In this document: positions 1 to 8,080 of the stretch, one piece after another
Position numbering within the stretch: position 1 is the stretch's first letter
How the letters are laid out: each line of letters begins with the position of its first letter
DNA from: a virus
Reading direction: 5' to 3' (one strand)
Virus record (IMG/VR): IMGVR_UViG_3300025018_000143
Span: 9,576-73,575 of that record
Length of the DNA: 64,000 nucleotides
Notes under the pieces: generated by a model
Database searches by the model: none
Seen by the model: the letters and a program-made list of their open reading frames with translations, nothing else
What the model was told of the DNA's origin: nothing
Translations under genes and position numbers: made by a program

Positions 1-2
1 TC

Positions 3-254
3 ACGCCTCATGAGGATCCCCAGTCTAGTTTTGATGATAAAGAAAATAATGGCAGAGGTTATGCCTATGGACGAGGAAACGGACATGGCCATGGTGGTAA
101 TGACCATAATGATTGCTGTAAACCTTGTGACCCTCCTAACCCACCAAACAATCCTGTACCTGAGCCAGCTACCATGCTGTTGTTTGGTGCTGGGTTGGTT
201 GGATTATCTGCTGCAAGAAAGTTGAAAAAACCTGTTGACAAGCCCAAGGAATAA
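3..254 (+). CDS. PEP-CTERM sorting-domain protein, 5'-truncated by the window edge (absent from ORF track)
   Basis: Frame 3 is open from the edge: TPHEDPQSSFDD...CCKPCDPPNPPNNP-VPEPATMLLFGAGLVGLSAARKLKKPVDKPKE*. This is VPEP, a transmembrane helix and a basic tail. Confidence 0.9.
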   Translation, partial: TPHEDPQSSFDDKENNGRGYAYGRGNGHGHGGNDHNDCCKPCDPPNPPNNPVPEPATMLLFGAGLVGLSAARKLKKPVDKPKE

Positions 255-263
255 TGTTATACT
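235..263 (+). promoter_or_regulatory. sigma70-type early promoter (member of a repeated family)
   Basis: TTGACA-N17-TATACT with extended -10 TG; followed by the conserved leader CTTTATATAAGATTGATTGAGA. Confidence 0.85.
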
Positions 264-311
264 CTTTATATAAGATTGATTGAGAAACAAAATACATTCT
301 GGGGTGACATA

Positions 312-536
312 ATGCAATACGGACTGACATTAGAAAATGAAGCACTTATCATTGAAAAAGCGAAATCAAAAAAAGATGGTGTATATACTTTTCGAGGTGT
401 CTATTACAGAGTCAATAACCATTATGTCACCCATTACGCATGGAAATACGAAATTCTTGAAAAATACGGTTACTTCAATGTGGTTTGTGGTACTTATGAT
501 GTTGATCCTGCTAAAATACTAAAACAAATAAAATGA
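312..536 (+). CDS. hypothetical early protein
   Basis: ATG at 312 after GGGGTG RBS, downstream of an early promoter. Confidence 0.7.
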   Translation: MQYGLTLENEALIIEKAKSKKDGVYTFRGVYYRVNNHYVTHYAWKYEILEKYGYFNVVCGTYDVDPAKILKQIK

Positions 537-769
537 TAATGCTTGATGTTGCACAAATTGGTATAAGTGTGTTTGGCTGTACTTCTTTTCTTCTTGTTCT
601 AAGCGAAAACAGGAAGAGACAAAAGATAGGAGCCATGTTGGGCTTATTCTCAGGATTATTTTGGTATACAATGATGGTATGTACAGGAACGTATCTTATG
701 TTGCCTGTTCATCTAATGTATACATTCGGGTGGGCTAAAAAATTATTTGAATTGAGGCGAATCAAATGA
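533..769 (+). CDS. small membrane protein
   Basis: About 3 hydrophobic segments; ATGA overlap with the previous gene. Confidence 0.65.
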   Translation: MIMLDVAQIGISVFGCTSFLLVLSENRKRQKIGAMLGLFSGLFWYTMMVCTGTYLMLPVHLMYTFGWAKKLFELRRIK

Positions 770-960
770 AAGATTTTCTAGGTAATGAATTACATGTTGG
801 TGATGAAGTTGTATACAAGAGCATCCTCATTGGTAATCTAAACAGAGGTATAATTACCAAAATCAAAGGTAAAGTAATAACTATCAAAAAAGGAATGTTT
901 AGTTCTCACCAATTTGCAGATCAAATAGTCAAAATACCTGTTGACAAATTAGCTGATTGA
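766..960 (+). CDS. hypothetical protein (SH3/KOW-like)
   Basis: MKDFLGNELHVGDEVVY, a common small phage protein pattern; coupled start. Confidence 0.65.
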   Translation: MKDFLGNELHVGDEVVYKSILIGNLNRGIITKIKGKVITIKKGMFSSHQFADQIVKIPVDKLAD

Positions 961-969
961 TGTTATACT
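941..969 (+). promoter_or_regulatory. sigma70-type promoter for RNase H
   Basis: TTGACA-N17-TATACT. Confidence 0.8.
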
Positions 970-1005
970 CTGTAAGTTGTTAAATATATCCTTAAGGAGG
1001 AGTGA

Positions 1006-1914
1006 ATGATTTGTACGGATTTTTCAGGTGTAGCTTATTCAGCTATTATCAATTCAGCAATGAGAGAAAAGGTTACTCTTGATGAACAGATTGTCAAGCA
1101 CATTGCCATTTCTACATTCAGGAATATACATGTAGCTTTGGCTAAGGAGTATGGTAATCATCTATTGATTTGTGATCATAGATCATGGAGGAAGGATGTA
1201 TTTCCTTTCTATAAAGCGAATCGCAAAAGAGATGATTCAGAGGAAAGTGCCATCGATTGGGAAATGTTATTCAGGGTTATGGATGAATTGAAAGAGGCAT
1301 TTGACAAGCATTTCCCTTTTCATGTTATAACAGTTCCTAATACTGAAGCTGATGATGTTATCGCTGCCTTTGCTGTTAAGGCAAAAGAACCTGTTGTTAT
1401 TGTATCAAAGGATCATGATTTTCATCAATTGCACAGTGCAAAAGTCAAGCAGTATAATCCATCAAAAAAGAAATTCATCGATATTCCTGATCCTAAAGAA
1501 GCAAGATTGATGCACATCATTGGAGGGTGCGCTGGTGACGGTGTGCCTAATGTTCTTTCCGATGATGATGCTTTTGTTAATTCTTCTAAAAGGCAGAAAG
1601 CTCTTAGGCAGAATAAAATAGCAATGTGCTTGGAGTATGCCAAAGATGATTTCAATTCCGCTCCTGCTGAATTGAAAAAGAATTGGGACAGGAATAAATT
1701 GCTTGTTGATTTGACTTCTCCTGTTGATTTTGCTCTTGCGGCGGTTGATAAATATTACGCACAAGGACCCAAAGAAGTATCACAAAATGATACAGCCAAT
1801 TGGCTTGCTAGTCAACGTATGGTAATGTTATTAGGAAAAATAACAGACTTCTATAAAGGAATTAGAAACCAAAGTACGGAAGAGCCGAAAGGGCCTCTTT
1901 CTAATTTTATGTAA
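1006..1914 (+). CDS. rnh: T4-like RNase H / 5'-3' flap exonuclease
   Basis: SWRKDVFPFYKANR, EADDVI, IVSKDHDFHQL and GDGVPNVLSDDD motifs; AGGAGG RBS. Confidence 0.92.
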   Translation: MICTDFSGVAYSAIINSAMREKVTLDEQIVKHIAISTFRNIHVALAKEYGNHLLICDHRSWRKDVFPFYKANRKRDDSEESAIDWEMLFRVMDELKEAFDKHFPFHVITVPNTEADDVIAAFAVKAKEPVVIVSKDHDFHQLHSAKVKQYNPSKKKFIDIPDPKEARLMHIIGGCAGDGVPNVLSDDDAFVNSSKRQKALRQNKIAMCLEYAKDDFNSAPAELKKNWDRNKLLVDLTSPVDFALAAVDKYYAQGPKEVSQNDTANWLASQRMVMLLGKITDFYKGIRNQSTEEPKGPLSNFM

Positions 1915-1931
1915 ACCAGAGGATTTAATTT

Positions 1932-2657
1932 ATGGATCAATATGATAGACATGCAGCTGACACACAAAGAATTATTAACGAAAAATTCAAACAAGGGAAT
2001 GTAAAGAATCTATACATTCCTGAAATCTTGGAAGGGATTGATGAAATAGAATCATTTGATGATAGAGTTAAAGCTCTGCGAGCTAATTCTGACCGATCAT
2101 TGAATACAATACTTCAAGTTACTTTCAAAGAAGAAAGACCAAGATTGACTGCTCAGGACATCGAGGCGATTAAATACAAGCCTGCATACTCAGGAGATGA
2201 TTTTTCGATCTCTCCGAGCACTCTGTACGATGTTTCTAGGCGAGTGTATATCTTTTATCGTACAGACATAACTGTTGCTCAAATGTCAAAAATAGCAATG
2301 GAAATACTCTCTAATCTTCATCCTATTGAAGCAGAAGTATTCAAAGGTATCTTTAAAGGTAAAATGCCTTATAAGAACATTACCAAGGAATTAGTAAGAG
2401 CTGCATTTCCTGATTTGTTTGCTGGTGAATTGACAGAAGAAGAAAAGAAGGAGAAGGAAGAAAAACACGCCGAGGCTCTTCGGCAGGCTAAAATCTTGGT
2501 TGATGCGGAAGAGCTAGCCAAAGCAAAGAAACTTCTTCAAACTGAAGAGGCTAAAGTAAAGACAGAGCCAGAAAAAGATACTGAAGAGAAGAGTAAACCA
2601 GAACCAAAATCAACACAGAAGCCTGCTCCAAAGAAAGCAGTAAAAGGAGATAAGTGA
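1932..2657 (+). CDS. conserved T4-like hypothetical protein with K/E/P-rich tail
   Basis: LHPIEAEV and YKNITKELVRAAFPDL pattern seen in the gene after rnh in T4-like phages. Confidence 0.65.
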   Translation: MDQYDRHAADTQRIINEKFKQGNVKNLYIPEILEGIDEIESFDDRVKALRANSDRSLNTILQVTFKEERPRLTAQDIEAIKYKPAYSGDDFSISPSTLYDVSRRVYIFYRTDITVAQMSKIAMEILSNLHPIEAEVFKGIFKGKMPYKNITKELVRAAFPDLFAGELTEEEKKEKEEKHAEALRQAKILVDAEELAKAKKLLQTEEAKVKTEPEKDTEEKSKPEPKSTQKPAPKKAVKGDK

Positions 2658-2923
2658 TGCCACTCTATAGCTATTTTTGCTACGAACACAAAGGCGGATG
2701 TGGACATAAATTCGAGGAGCAGCTTTCAGTAGATGAAAGGATGAAGCCCATGAATGAACCTTGTCCTAAATGTAAGAAAGAAAATACCATCTGTAGAGAA
2801 TATAAATCTAATCTTGCTCCTTCAATGATTGTTAATCCAAAAAGCAAGATGGATGATTCATTCATAGAAACCATGACGCGGATTAAAAAAGAAAACCCGG
2901 ATATGCAAAGTACATGGTTTTGA
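2657..2923 (+). CDS. FmdB-like zinc-ribbon protein
   Basis: MPLYSYFC...CGHKFE...CPKC. Confidence 0.75.
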   Translation: MPLYSYFCYEHKGGCGHKFEEQLSVDERMKPMNEPCPKCKKENTICREYKSNLAPSMIVNPKSKMDDSFIETMTRIKKENPDMQSTWF

Positions 2924-3065
2924 TTCTCATATGATACATTAGGTTCATAACGTACATTATACTATACAAAAAGCATCATAATGTAAATTATGATGTACAT
3001 TATGATACTATATCTAAAATGATCTATTATAAAGCATATTTTAGTGGATAAATGGAGATCAAAAA

Positions 3066-3365
3066 ATGGAAAAGCCTCAAATAACAGAATGCCTTAGGAA
3101 TCCTAATTTCAATGAGTACATTTGCAAAATGGATACTGATGTTGAACTTATAATCAGGAAGATCAATAAAGATAAAGATACATATGGACAAAAATCCTAT
3201 GTCAAATTGAAATTGCCTTCTGATTATGACTTATTTGCAGAGTATACAACCTCTGAATACAGTGTTAAGATGATTGCAGCTTCATTGAGGACTTTGGCTG
3301 ATAATATTGAAGCTGTTCAAAAAGAAGTAGAAAAGATTAATGATGTCCTTGGGTTCATGGATTAA
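3066..3365 (+). CDS. hypothetical protein
   Basis: ORF with GGAG RBS. Confidence 0.65.
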   Translation: MEKPQITECLRNPNFNEYICKMDTDVELIIRKINKDKDTYGQKSYVKLKLPSDYDLFAEYTTSEYSVKMIAASLRTLADNIEAVQKEVEKINDVLGFMD

Positions 3366-3377
3366 GGAGAAGAATTT

Positions 3378-3581
3378 ATGCCGTATTATTCATATGAATG
3401 CACTGCATGCAGTAAGCCGTATGAGGATTTTGTTCGCCTCAGGTTTGAGGATGGGAAGGATCTTACTGTGCATCCTTTCTGTCCATTCTGCCATGCTGAA
3501 GGGAAAAAGGTAATCACTGCTGCAAATTTCAAGATTAATGGCTACTCAGAAAAGAATGGGTATTCTAAAAATAAGTCTTGA
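3378..3581 (+). CDS. FmdB-like zinc-ribbon protein
   Basis: MPYYSYECTAC...CPFC...F.ING; AAGGAG RBS. Confidence 0.8.
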   Translation: MPYYSYECTACSKPYEDFVRLRFEDGKDLTVHPFCPFCHAEGKKVITAANFKINGYSEKNGYSKNKS

Positions 3582-3606
3582 CAGTTCCTCAGAATAATGT
3601 TATACT
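3578..3606 (+). promoter_or_regulatory. sigma70-type early promoter
   Basis: TTGACA-N17-TATACT with the same leader as the promoter at 235. Confidence 0.85.
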
Positions 3607-3658
3607 CTTTATATAGGATTGATTGAGAGAAAAAAATAAATTCTGTGAGGAGAGTAAA

Positions 3659-3961
3659 ATGAAAAAGATTAATGGACGTTGGATCGATGAAAACAACAAT
3701 GCATGGAATGGCGCCTTAAGTGAAGAAGAGGCTAATCTCCTGAGTGCTTCAATGATAAATTGCCATGATTGTAATGATTGCAGCGATTGCTTTGATTGTG
3801 AGTATTGTAATGCTTGCGTATATTGTAGACATTGTGAATGTTGCATCAATTGTATTAGTTGTGATTATTGTGATTATTGTCAGGACTGTACGGATTGTTT
3901 GTATTGTACCCATCAAGATGGCTGCCATAATGGCAACAATTTATGTGAGAATAAAAGATAA
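3659..3961 (+). CDS. cysteine-rich (Cxx)n repeat protein
   Basis: Long run of Cys at every third residue; ATG 3659 after GAGGAG. Confidence 0.75.
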   Translation: MKKINGRWIDENNNAWNGALSEEEANLLSASMINCHDCNDCSDCFDCEYCNACVYCRHCECCINCISCDYCDYCQDCTDCLYCTHQDGCHNGNNLCENKR

Positions 3962-4058
3962 CCTAAATAATATGGTTCTAATAACAATCAAACTTATAAT
4001 AACAATCGCTGTTATTATAAGATTATGTAAATCCCTAAAATAAAAAGAAGGCATATAC

Positions 4059-4256
4059 ATGACTCTAAAAATGTTAAAACCTGGTTATAGGAATGATTTC
4101 ATTTATCACGGTATTTGTGGAAATTGCGGAGCTGAATACGAAGCTAGTCCTGAGGACATCAAGACAGCTCGCAAGGATCAAAATTGTCCGTTCTGTCAAG
4201 GAGTAAGGACAATACGATTTGAGCCCGTCAATAAAGCACAATATATAAACGGATGA
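4059..4256 (+). CDS. small zinc-ribbon protein
   Basis: CGNC...CPFC. Confidence 0.7.
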   Translation: MTLKMLKPGYRNDFIYHGICGNCGAEYEASPEDIKTARKDQNCPFCQGVRTIRFEPVNKAQYING

Positions 4257-4894
4257 TTGAAATTCAGGAATGTGATACGACCTATGATAATATAGGTCGT
4301 ATTTATAAAACACCGTTGGGTTCATATTATAGCGTTACCACAATGTTGAGCAATTCCAGTGAGAAGGAATTTCTCCAAGATTGGAAAGAAAGAATAGGTG
4401 AAGAAGAGGCGGCAAAACAAACCAGAGTAGCAAGTCACTTAGGCACTAATTTTCATGAGTTAGGCGAAGCATATCTCCTAAAACAACCGATGCCTAAAGT
4501 ACAATGGAAAGCAAAGTATCTTTTCGACAGAGCAATCCCAATTCTCAAAGAACATGTTACTAAGGTTCATGCCGTTGAAATTCCTCTTTGGAGTGAGATT
4601 CTTCAATTAGCAGGAAGGACTGATGCTGTTCTTGATTGGGATAATGAATTGTGCGTATTTGATTTTAAATGTATAGGTCATCATAATGAAAAGTGGCTTA
4701 CGGATTACTGGATTCAAACAGAAGCGTATGGTGTTTGCCTTAAGGAAATGTATGGTGTTGATATAAAGAAACTTGTTCTTCTTTGCGCAAATAAAAAAAC
4801 ATTAAAGGTGAAGGCCTTTACTATCAAACCGAAAAAACATTATATTGATTTAAGAGACAGAATAATAAAATTTAGAAAATTTTTAAGGACGTAA
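4253..4894 (+). CDS. PD-(D/E)XK / Cas4-like exonuclease
   Basis: YYSVTT, GTNFH, AGRTD, FDFK and Q...Y motifs typical of the T4-like phage exonuclease. Confidence 0.85.
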   Translation: MIEIQECDTTYDNIGRIYKTPLGSYYSVTTMLSNSSEKEFLQDWKERIGEEEAAKQTRVASHLGTNFHELGEAYLLKQPMPKVQWKAKYLFDRAIPILKEHVTKVHAVEIPLWSEILQLAGRTDAVLDWDNELCVFDFKCIGHHNEKWLTDYWIQTEAYGVCLKEMYGVDIKKLVLLCANKKTLKVKAFTIKPKKHYIDLRDRIIKFRKFLRT

Positions 4895-4948
4895 TTTACA
4901 ATTATCAAAATGCCAACAGTGCATTGCAGGTATGGCGCCTTCTTTCAT
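4883..4948 (-). pseudogene. vestige of a homing endonuclease C-terminus
   Basis: Reads MKEGAIPAMHCWHFDNCKLRP*, matching KEG....MKRWHFDNCK in the endonucleases at 9291 and 62542. Confidence 0.8.
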
Positions 4949-4949
4949 A

Positions 4950-5097
4950 CTTAGGGAAATGTATGGAATGAATGCAAAGAAGCTAATTCTGGTTTATGTG
5001 AATAAAAGACTCTGAAAGTGAAATATTTTTCCTGCCATGGCGTATAAATATGCTCAAGAAGTATCAAAAAGAATTATAGCTTTTAGAAATAAAATGA
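4950..5097 (+). pseudogene. stranded older 3' end of the exonuclease gene
   Basis: LREMYGMNAKKLILVYVNK../TLKVKYF../KRIIAFRNK parallels LKEMYGVDIKKLVLLCANKKTLKVKAF..DRIIKFRK, with frameshifts. 16/17-nt repeat 4739-4755 vs 4950-4966. Confidence 0.8.
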
Positions 5098-5126
5098 TTG
5101 ACATTCATCCAAATTAATGTTATAAT
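5098..5126 (+). promoter_or_regulatory. sigma70-type early promoter
   Basis: TTGACA-N17-TATAAT. Confidence 0.8.
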
Positions 5127-5249
5127 ATCTTATACAGAATGAGAATAAAACATTATGTAGGTGAAGCATGAGCTTATTGAGTGTGCTTCCTCTGAACCTA
5201 TGTACATTTACATTGCCAAAGAAAAAATATTTATGATAGAGGATATGCA

Positions 5250-5606
5250 ATGAGTGGTTACCCAAAAATAAAATATTATGGATGGGATTTTACTGAGCTT
5301 CATAAAGCATTCCAGATTCCTTACTGGGATGATATGGAGTTGGAAATGACAAATGAATGGGATGCTATAATGCTGAAAAATTATCTCAGTGGAGTTATAG
5401 GAGCCTCGAAATATCATTACGGTGGTAAGGATTTTGTTCTAATCTATACAGCAAAAGAAATTAGGCGATACCTTGCAGCGCTAATTAAAGCAGGCAGAAA
5501 TTGTCATCCTGATGATTGCCTTCTTTGGGAAGCAATGCTTAATTACAAAGATGACATGAATTTGGTTCGGATTTTTATGCACAATTGCGAAGAGGCTTGG
5601 GCATGA
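5250..5606 (+). CDS. hypothetical protein
   Basis: ORF with GAGG RBS. Confidence 0.65.
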   Translation: MSGYPKIKYYGWDFTELHKAFQIPYWDDMELEMTNEWDAIMLKNYLSGVIGASKYHYGGKDFVLIYTAKEIRRYLAALIKAGRNCHPDDCLLWEAMLNYKDDMNLVRIFMHNCEEAWA

Positions 5607-5764
5607 TAAAGAAATTTTGTGATGCTTGTGGTAAGGACATTACTGATACAAGAAGCAGAAAATTTTCATATGGCTGCCATCTAGGAATGCCAAATCTTGG
5701 CAGCCATTCTAATGCTGAAAGTAATTCTGTTTCAAGACGGGATTACTGCCGTAAACAAATTTAA
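5603..5764 (+). CDS. small CxxC protein (absent from ORF track)
   Basis: MIKKFCDACGKDI..., 53 aa, ATGA-coupled to the previous gene. Confidence 0.55.
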   Translation: MIKKFCDACGKDITDTRSRKFSYGCHLGMPNLGSHSNAESNSVSRRDYCRKQI

Positions 5765-5802
5765 ATAACTCAAAAAAGATAATGGAATAGAATGAAACAT
5801 GT

Positions 5803-5876
5803 TGGGATATAGTTCAATGGTAGAGCGGATGACTTTGAATCATCAAGTTCCAGTTCGAACCTGGATATCCCTTCCA
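5803..5876 (+). tRNA. tRNA-Gln (anticodon UUG), CCA encoded
   Basis: Acceptor TGGGATA/TATCCCT; D arm GTTC/GAGC; anticodon arm GATGA-CTTTGAA-TCATC; T arm TCCAG-TTCGAAC-CTGGA; ends TCCA. Confidence 0.92.
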
Positions 5877-5892
5877 ACATACGAGGGCATCA

Positions 5893-6912
5893 ATGAATAA
5901 ATTACTAAAGCCATATGACATAGTTGAGATTTATAAAAATGCAACTAAGGATGTAATCAAATACGTCCATAATAATGGCTCTGAAACAACGATCAAAACA
6001 GTCAATACTTGTATTGGTCCTGCAGGTATTGTGGATAAAAGCAAAGCAGTAATGTTTATATCTGTGTCCTCTGGCTGCTCACAAAAATGTAAATTTTGCT
6101 ATCTGACGAGCAAGAAATTTCCTTTTTGTCAATTAGATACAAATACCATAATTAAATCATGCCTAGAAGTTCTAAAGAAATCAACAGAGCAATTAGAAGG
6201 GAAATATCTTAAAATTTCATTCATGGGTATGGGAGATGCTTTTGCTTCCAAGACAGATATGAATGAAATTGTCAAAAAGGTATTTCTGTTCGCATACTGT
6301 AAAGGAATGATTGCTGGCATTGATGGTGTTGATATCGGGACTTCATATCCTAATGTGGATAATTCAGGGATTTATAATTCAATTAATATGCTGAAAGAAA
6401 CTATCTTTCACCTCAATATACCTTTTAATCCTTTCTATAATTACAATAAAATTGCTATGGAGTATCCTGATTCAAGGACTCCTGTTAGATTGTTTATATC
6501 ATTGCATAGTATTAATGATACTGTTAGGTCATATTTGATGCCCAATTCTTCATCAATACAAAGAATATTGGATGATATTAAAAATATTGACATTGATGTT
6601 ATATTCCATTATATCATGTTTGATGGCATTAATGATTCACAAGATGATATAGAAAAAATTCTTGCCTTCTTTGATCGTGATACCATGAGGAAGTATGAAT
6701 TAAGGATCCTCAGATATAATATGGATATGAACACAGCAGGGCTTGCTGAATCTCCAGTTGTCAATGAAGCAATCAATACATTGAAACAATCAAAGTTAAA
6801 ATTCAAGTACCAGATTTCTGCAGGGTCTGAAATTTCAGCATCCTGTGGACAATTTCTTTGCAGAAGATTTACAGATAGAAAAGAAAACTCCTCTGTTAGC
6901 TCAATGGTTTAG
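5893..6912 (+). CDS. RlmN/Cfr-like radical SAM protein
   Basis: GCSQKCKFC (CxxxCxxC), FMGMGD, ISLHS, GINDS and ISASCGQ match RlmN motifs. Confidence 0.85.
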   Translation: MNKLLKPYDIVEIYKNATKDVIKYVHNNGSETTIKTVNTCIGPAGIVDKSKAVMFISVSSGCSQKCKFCYLTSKKFPFCQLDTNTIIKSCLEVLKKSTEQLEGKYLKISFMGMGDAFASKTDMNEIVKKVFLFAYCKGMIAGIDGVDIGTSYPNVDNSGIYNSINMLKETIFHLNIPFNPFYNYNKIAMEYPDSRTPVRLFISLHSINDTVRSYLMPNSSSIQRILDDIKNIDIDVIFHYIMFDGINDSQDDIEKILAFFDRDTMRKYELRILRYNMDMNTAGLAESPVVNEAINTLKQSKLKFKYQISAGSEISASCGQFLCRRFTDRKENSSVSSMV

Positions 6913-6916
6913 ATCG
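6890..6916 (+). pseudogene. possible tRNA 5'-half remnant
   Basis: CCTCTGT-TA-GCTC-AATGGTTTA-GATC resembles an acceptor strand plus D arm; no anticodon or T arm follows. Confidence 0.4.
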
Positions 6917-6946
6917 GAGAATCAAAATAAAATATGCAAGGAGGCA

Positions 6947-7177
6947 ATGATGGAAGAGATACAGGTAGTTGAACCACAACAAGCAGTAGAAAAAAGAAAT
7001 GGATCATATGAGGACAAGGTAATAAAAGCTTTGCTCCCCGAATCAGGAAAGATTACTGATTACGAATTTGGACCGCCGCAAAGATTGAAAGCTGAGCCAA
7101 GAGAGTTCTATGTCATTAGACGTAAACTTGAAAAGCAAATTCTCAAGATGAGAATGAGGCAAGGCATTTCAAAGTGA
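6947..7177 (+). CDS. hypothetical protein
   Basis: ATG 6947 after AGGAGG. Confidence 0.6.
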   Translation: MMEEIQVVEPQQAVEKRNGSYEDKVIKALLPESGKITDYEFGPPQRLKAEPREFYVIRRKLEKQILKMRMRQGISK

Positions 7178-7265
7178 GTTGTACAGCAAACATCATTCTA
7201 ATAAAATAAGAAAAGGGCTTATATTAAATTTTATAATGCCCCTTTTCCTTTATAAAGGAGAGAAA

Positions 7266-7562
7266 ATGCAATCAAACAGAGAAATAAAAATAAAAACGAC
7301 GTATGAGATTGATATCGACGACCAGCTTATTGTAATTGACATTGATGAAGTAAAGGAATTGTATGACCTTTTAAGTAAAATACTCAAACCAGAGAAAACC
7401 ACGCTGGAGGAAACTCTCCAGCCTGACATTTATAAGAATCCAGGTTGGGAGTTTCCTCAGTATTTGGCTGATCCTTGTTTTGGTACTTGTGATGGTACTA
7501 CTATGGTTGGAAAGGGAAACAATCCGCCGCTTCCTACCAATGATGATTTTTCAGCTAAATAA
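7266..7562 (+). CDS. hypothetical protein
   Basis: ATG 7266 after AAGGAG. Confidence 0.6.
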   Translation: MQSNREIKIKTTYEIDIDDQLIVIDIDEVKELYDLLSKILKPEKTTLEETLQPDIYKNPGWEFPQYLADPCFGTCDGTTMVGKGNNPPLPTNDDFSAK

Positions 7563-7596
7563 TCATACTCATTGTCATAAACCACATATTACATTG

Positions 7597-7604
7597 TATA
7601 AATA
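7597..7604 (+). promoter_or_regulatory. T4-type late promoter for the lysis cassette
   Basis: TATAAATA upstream of the holin. Confidence 0.7.
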
Positions 7605-7667
7605 ATATTGTAATTCTTTTACTTAATCTTTTTCTTAATCTGGTTAACGGATGCAATATAATATTCA

Positions 7668-8075
7668 ATGTTTAACAATAATGAACAACTACAATTTATA
7701 ATATCTGCTGTGATGATGTCTATAGTTGGAGGCATCGCCAACTGGCTCATGGCAGATAAGCACAGTGTATTCCAATTCATTGTTGCAGTATTTCTAGCTG
7801 GGTTCGCAGGATTCCTGGTAGGGCAACTATGCCTCGAGGCCAAAATCTCTGAGGCAGTTTCTTTCTTCCTTTGCGGCTCAGCTGGATTATGTGCTGAAAT
7901 GATCCTCAAAATTTCCAAGAAGGCAATGCTTTCTAAATTTAGCTTAATGACTGACCAGAAGCTGGATGAAGAATTGGACATGATTGAAAAAGAATATGCC
8001 AAAAGAAAATCCCTACATGTATCAACAGAAGATGAAAAAGAGTCAAATAATCTAAAAAATTTCCTTAACAAATAA
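7668..8075 (+). CDS. putative holin (LydA-like, 3 TM helices)
   Basis: Three TM helices, GG.A / AGFAG / CGSAG pattern, charged C-tail; lies upstream of a cell-wall hydrolase. Confidence 0.75.
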   Translation: MFNNNEQLQFIISAVMMSIVGGIANWLMADKHSVFQFIVAVFLAGFAGFLVGQLCLEAKISEAVSFFLCGSAGLCAEMILKISKKAMLSKFSLMTDQKLDEELDMIEKEYAKRKSLHVSTEDEKESNNLKNFLNK

Positions 8076-8080
8076 CTCCC

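Noticed and set aside
10-247. ORF-track calls 10..225 (+) and 65..247 (-)
   Set aside because: They are shadows of the real frame-3 PEP-CTERM gene.
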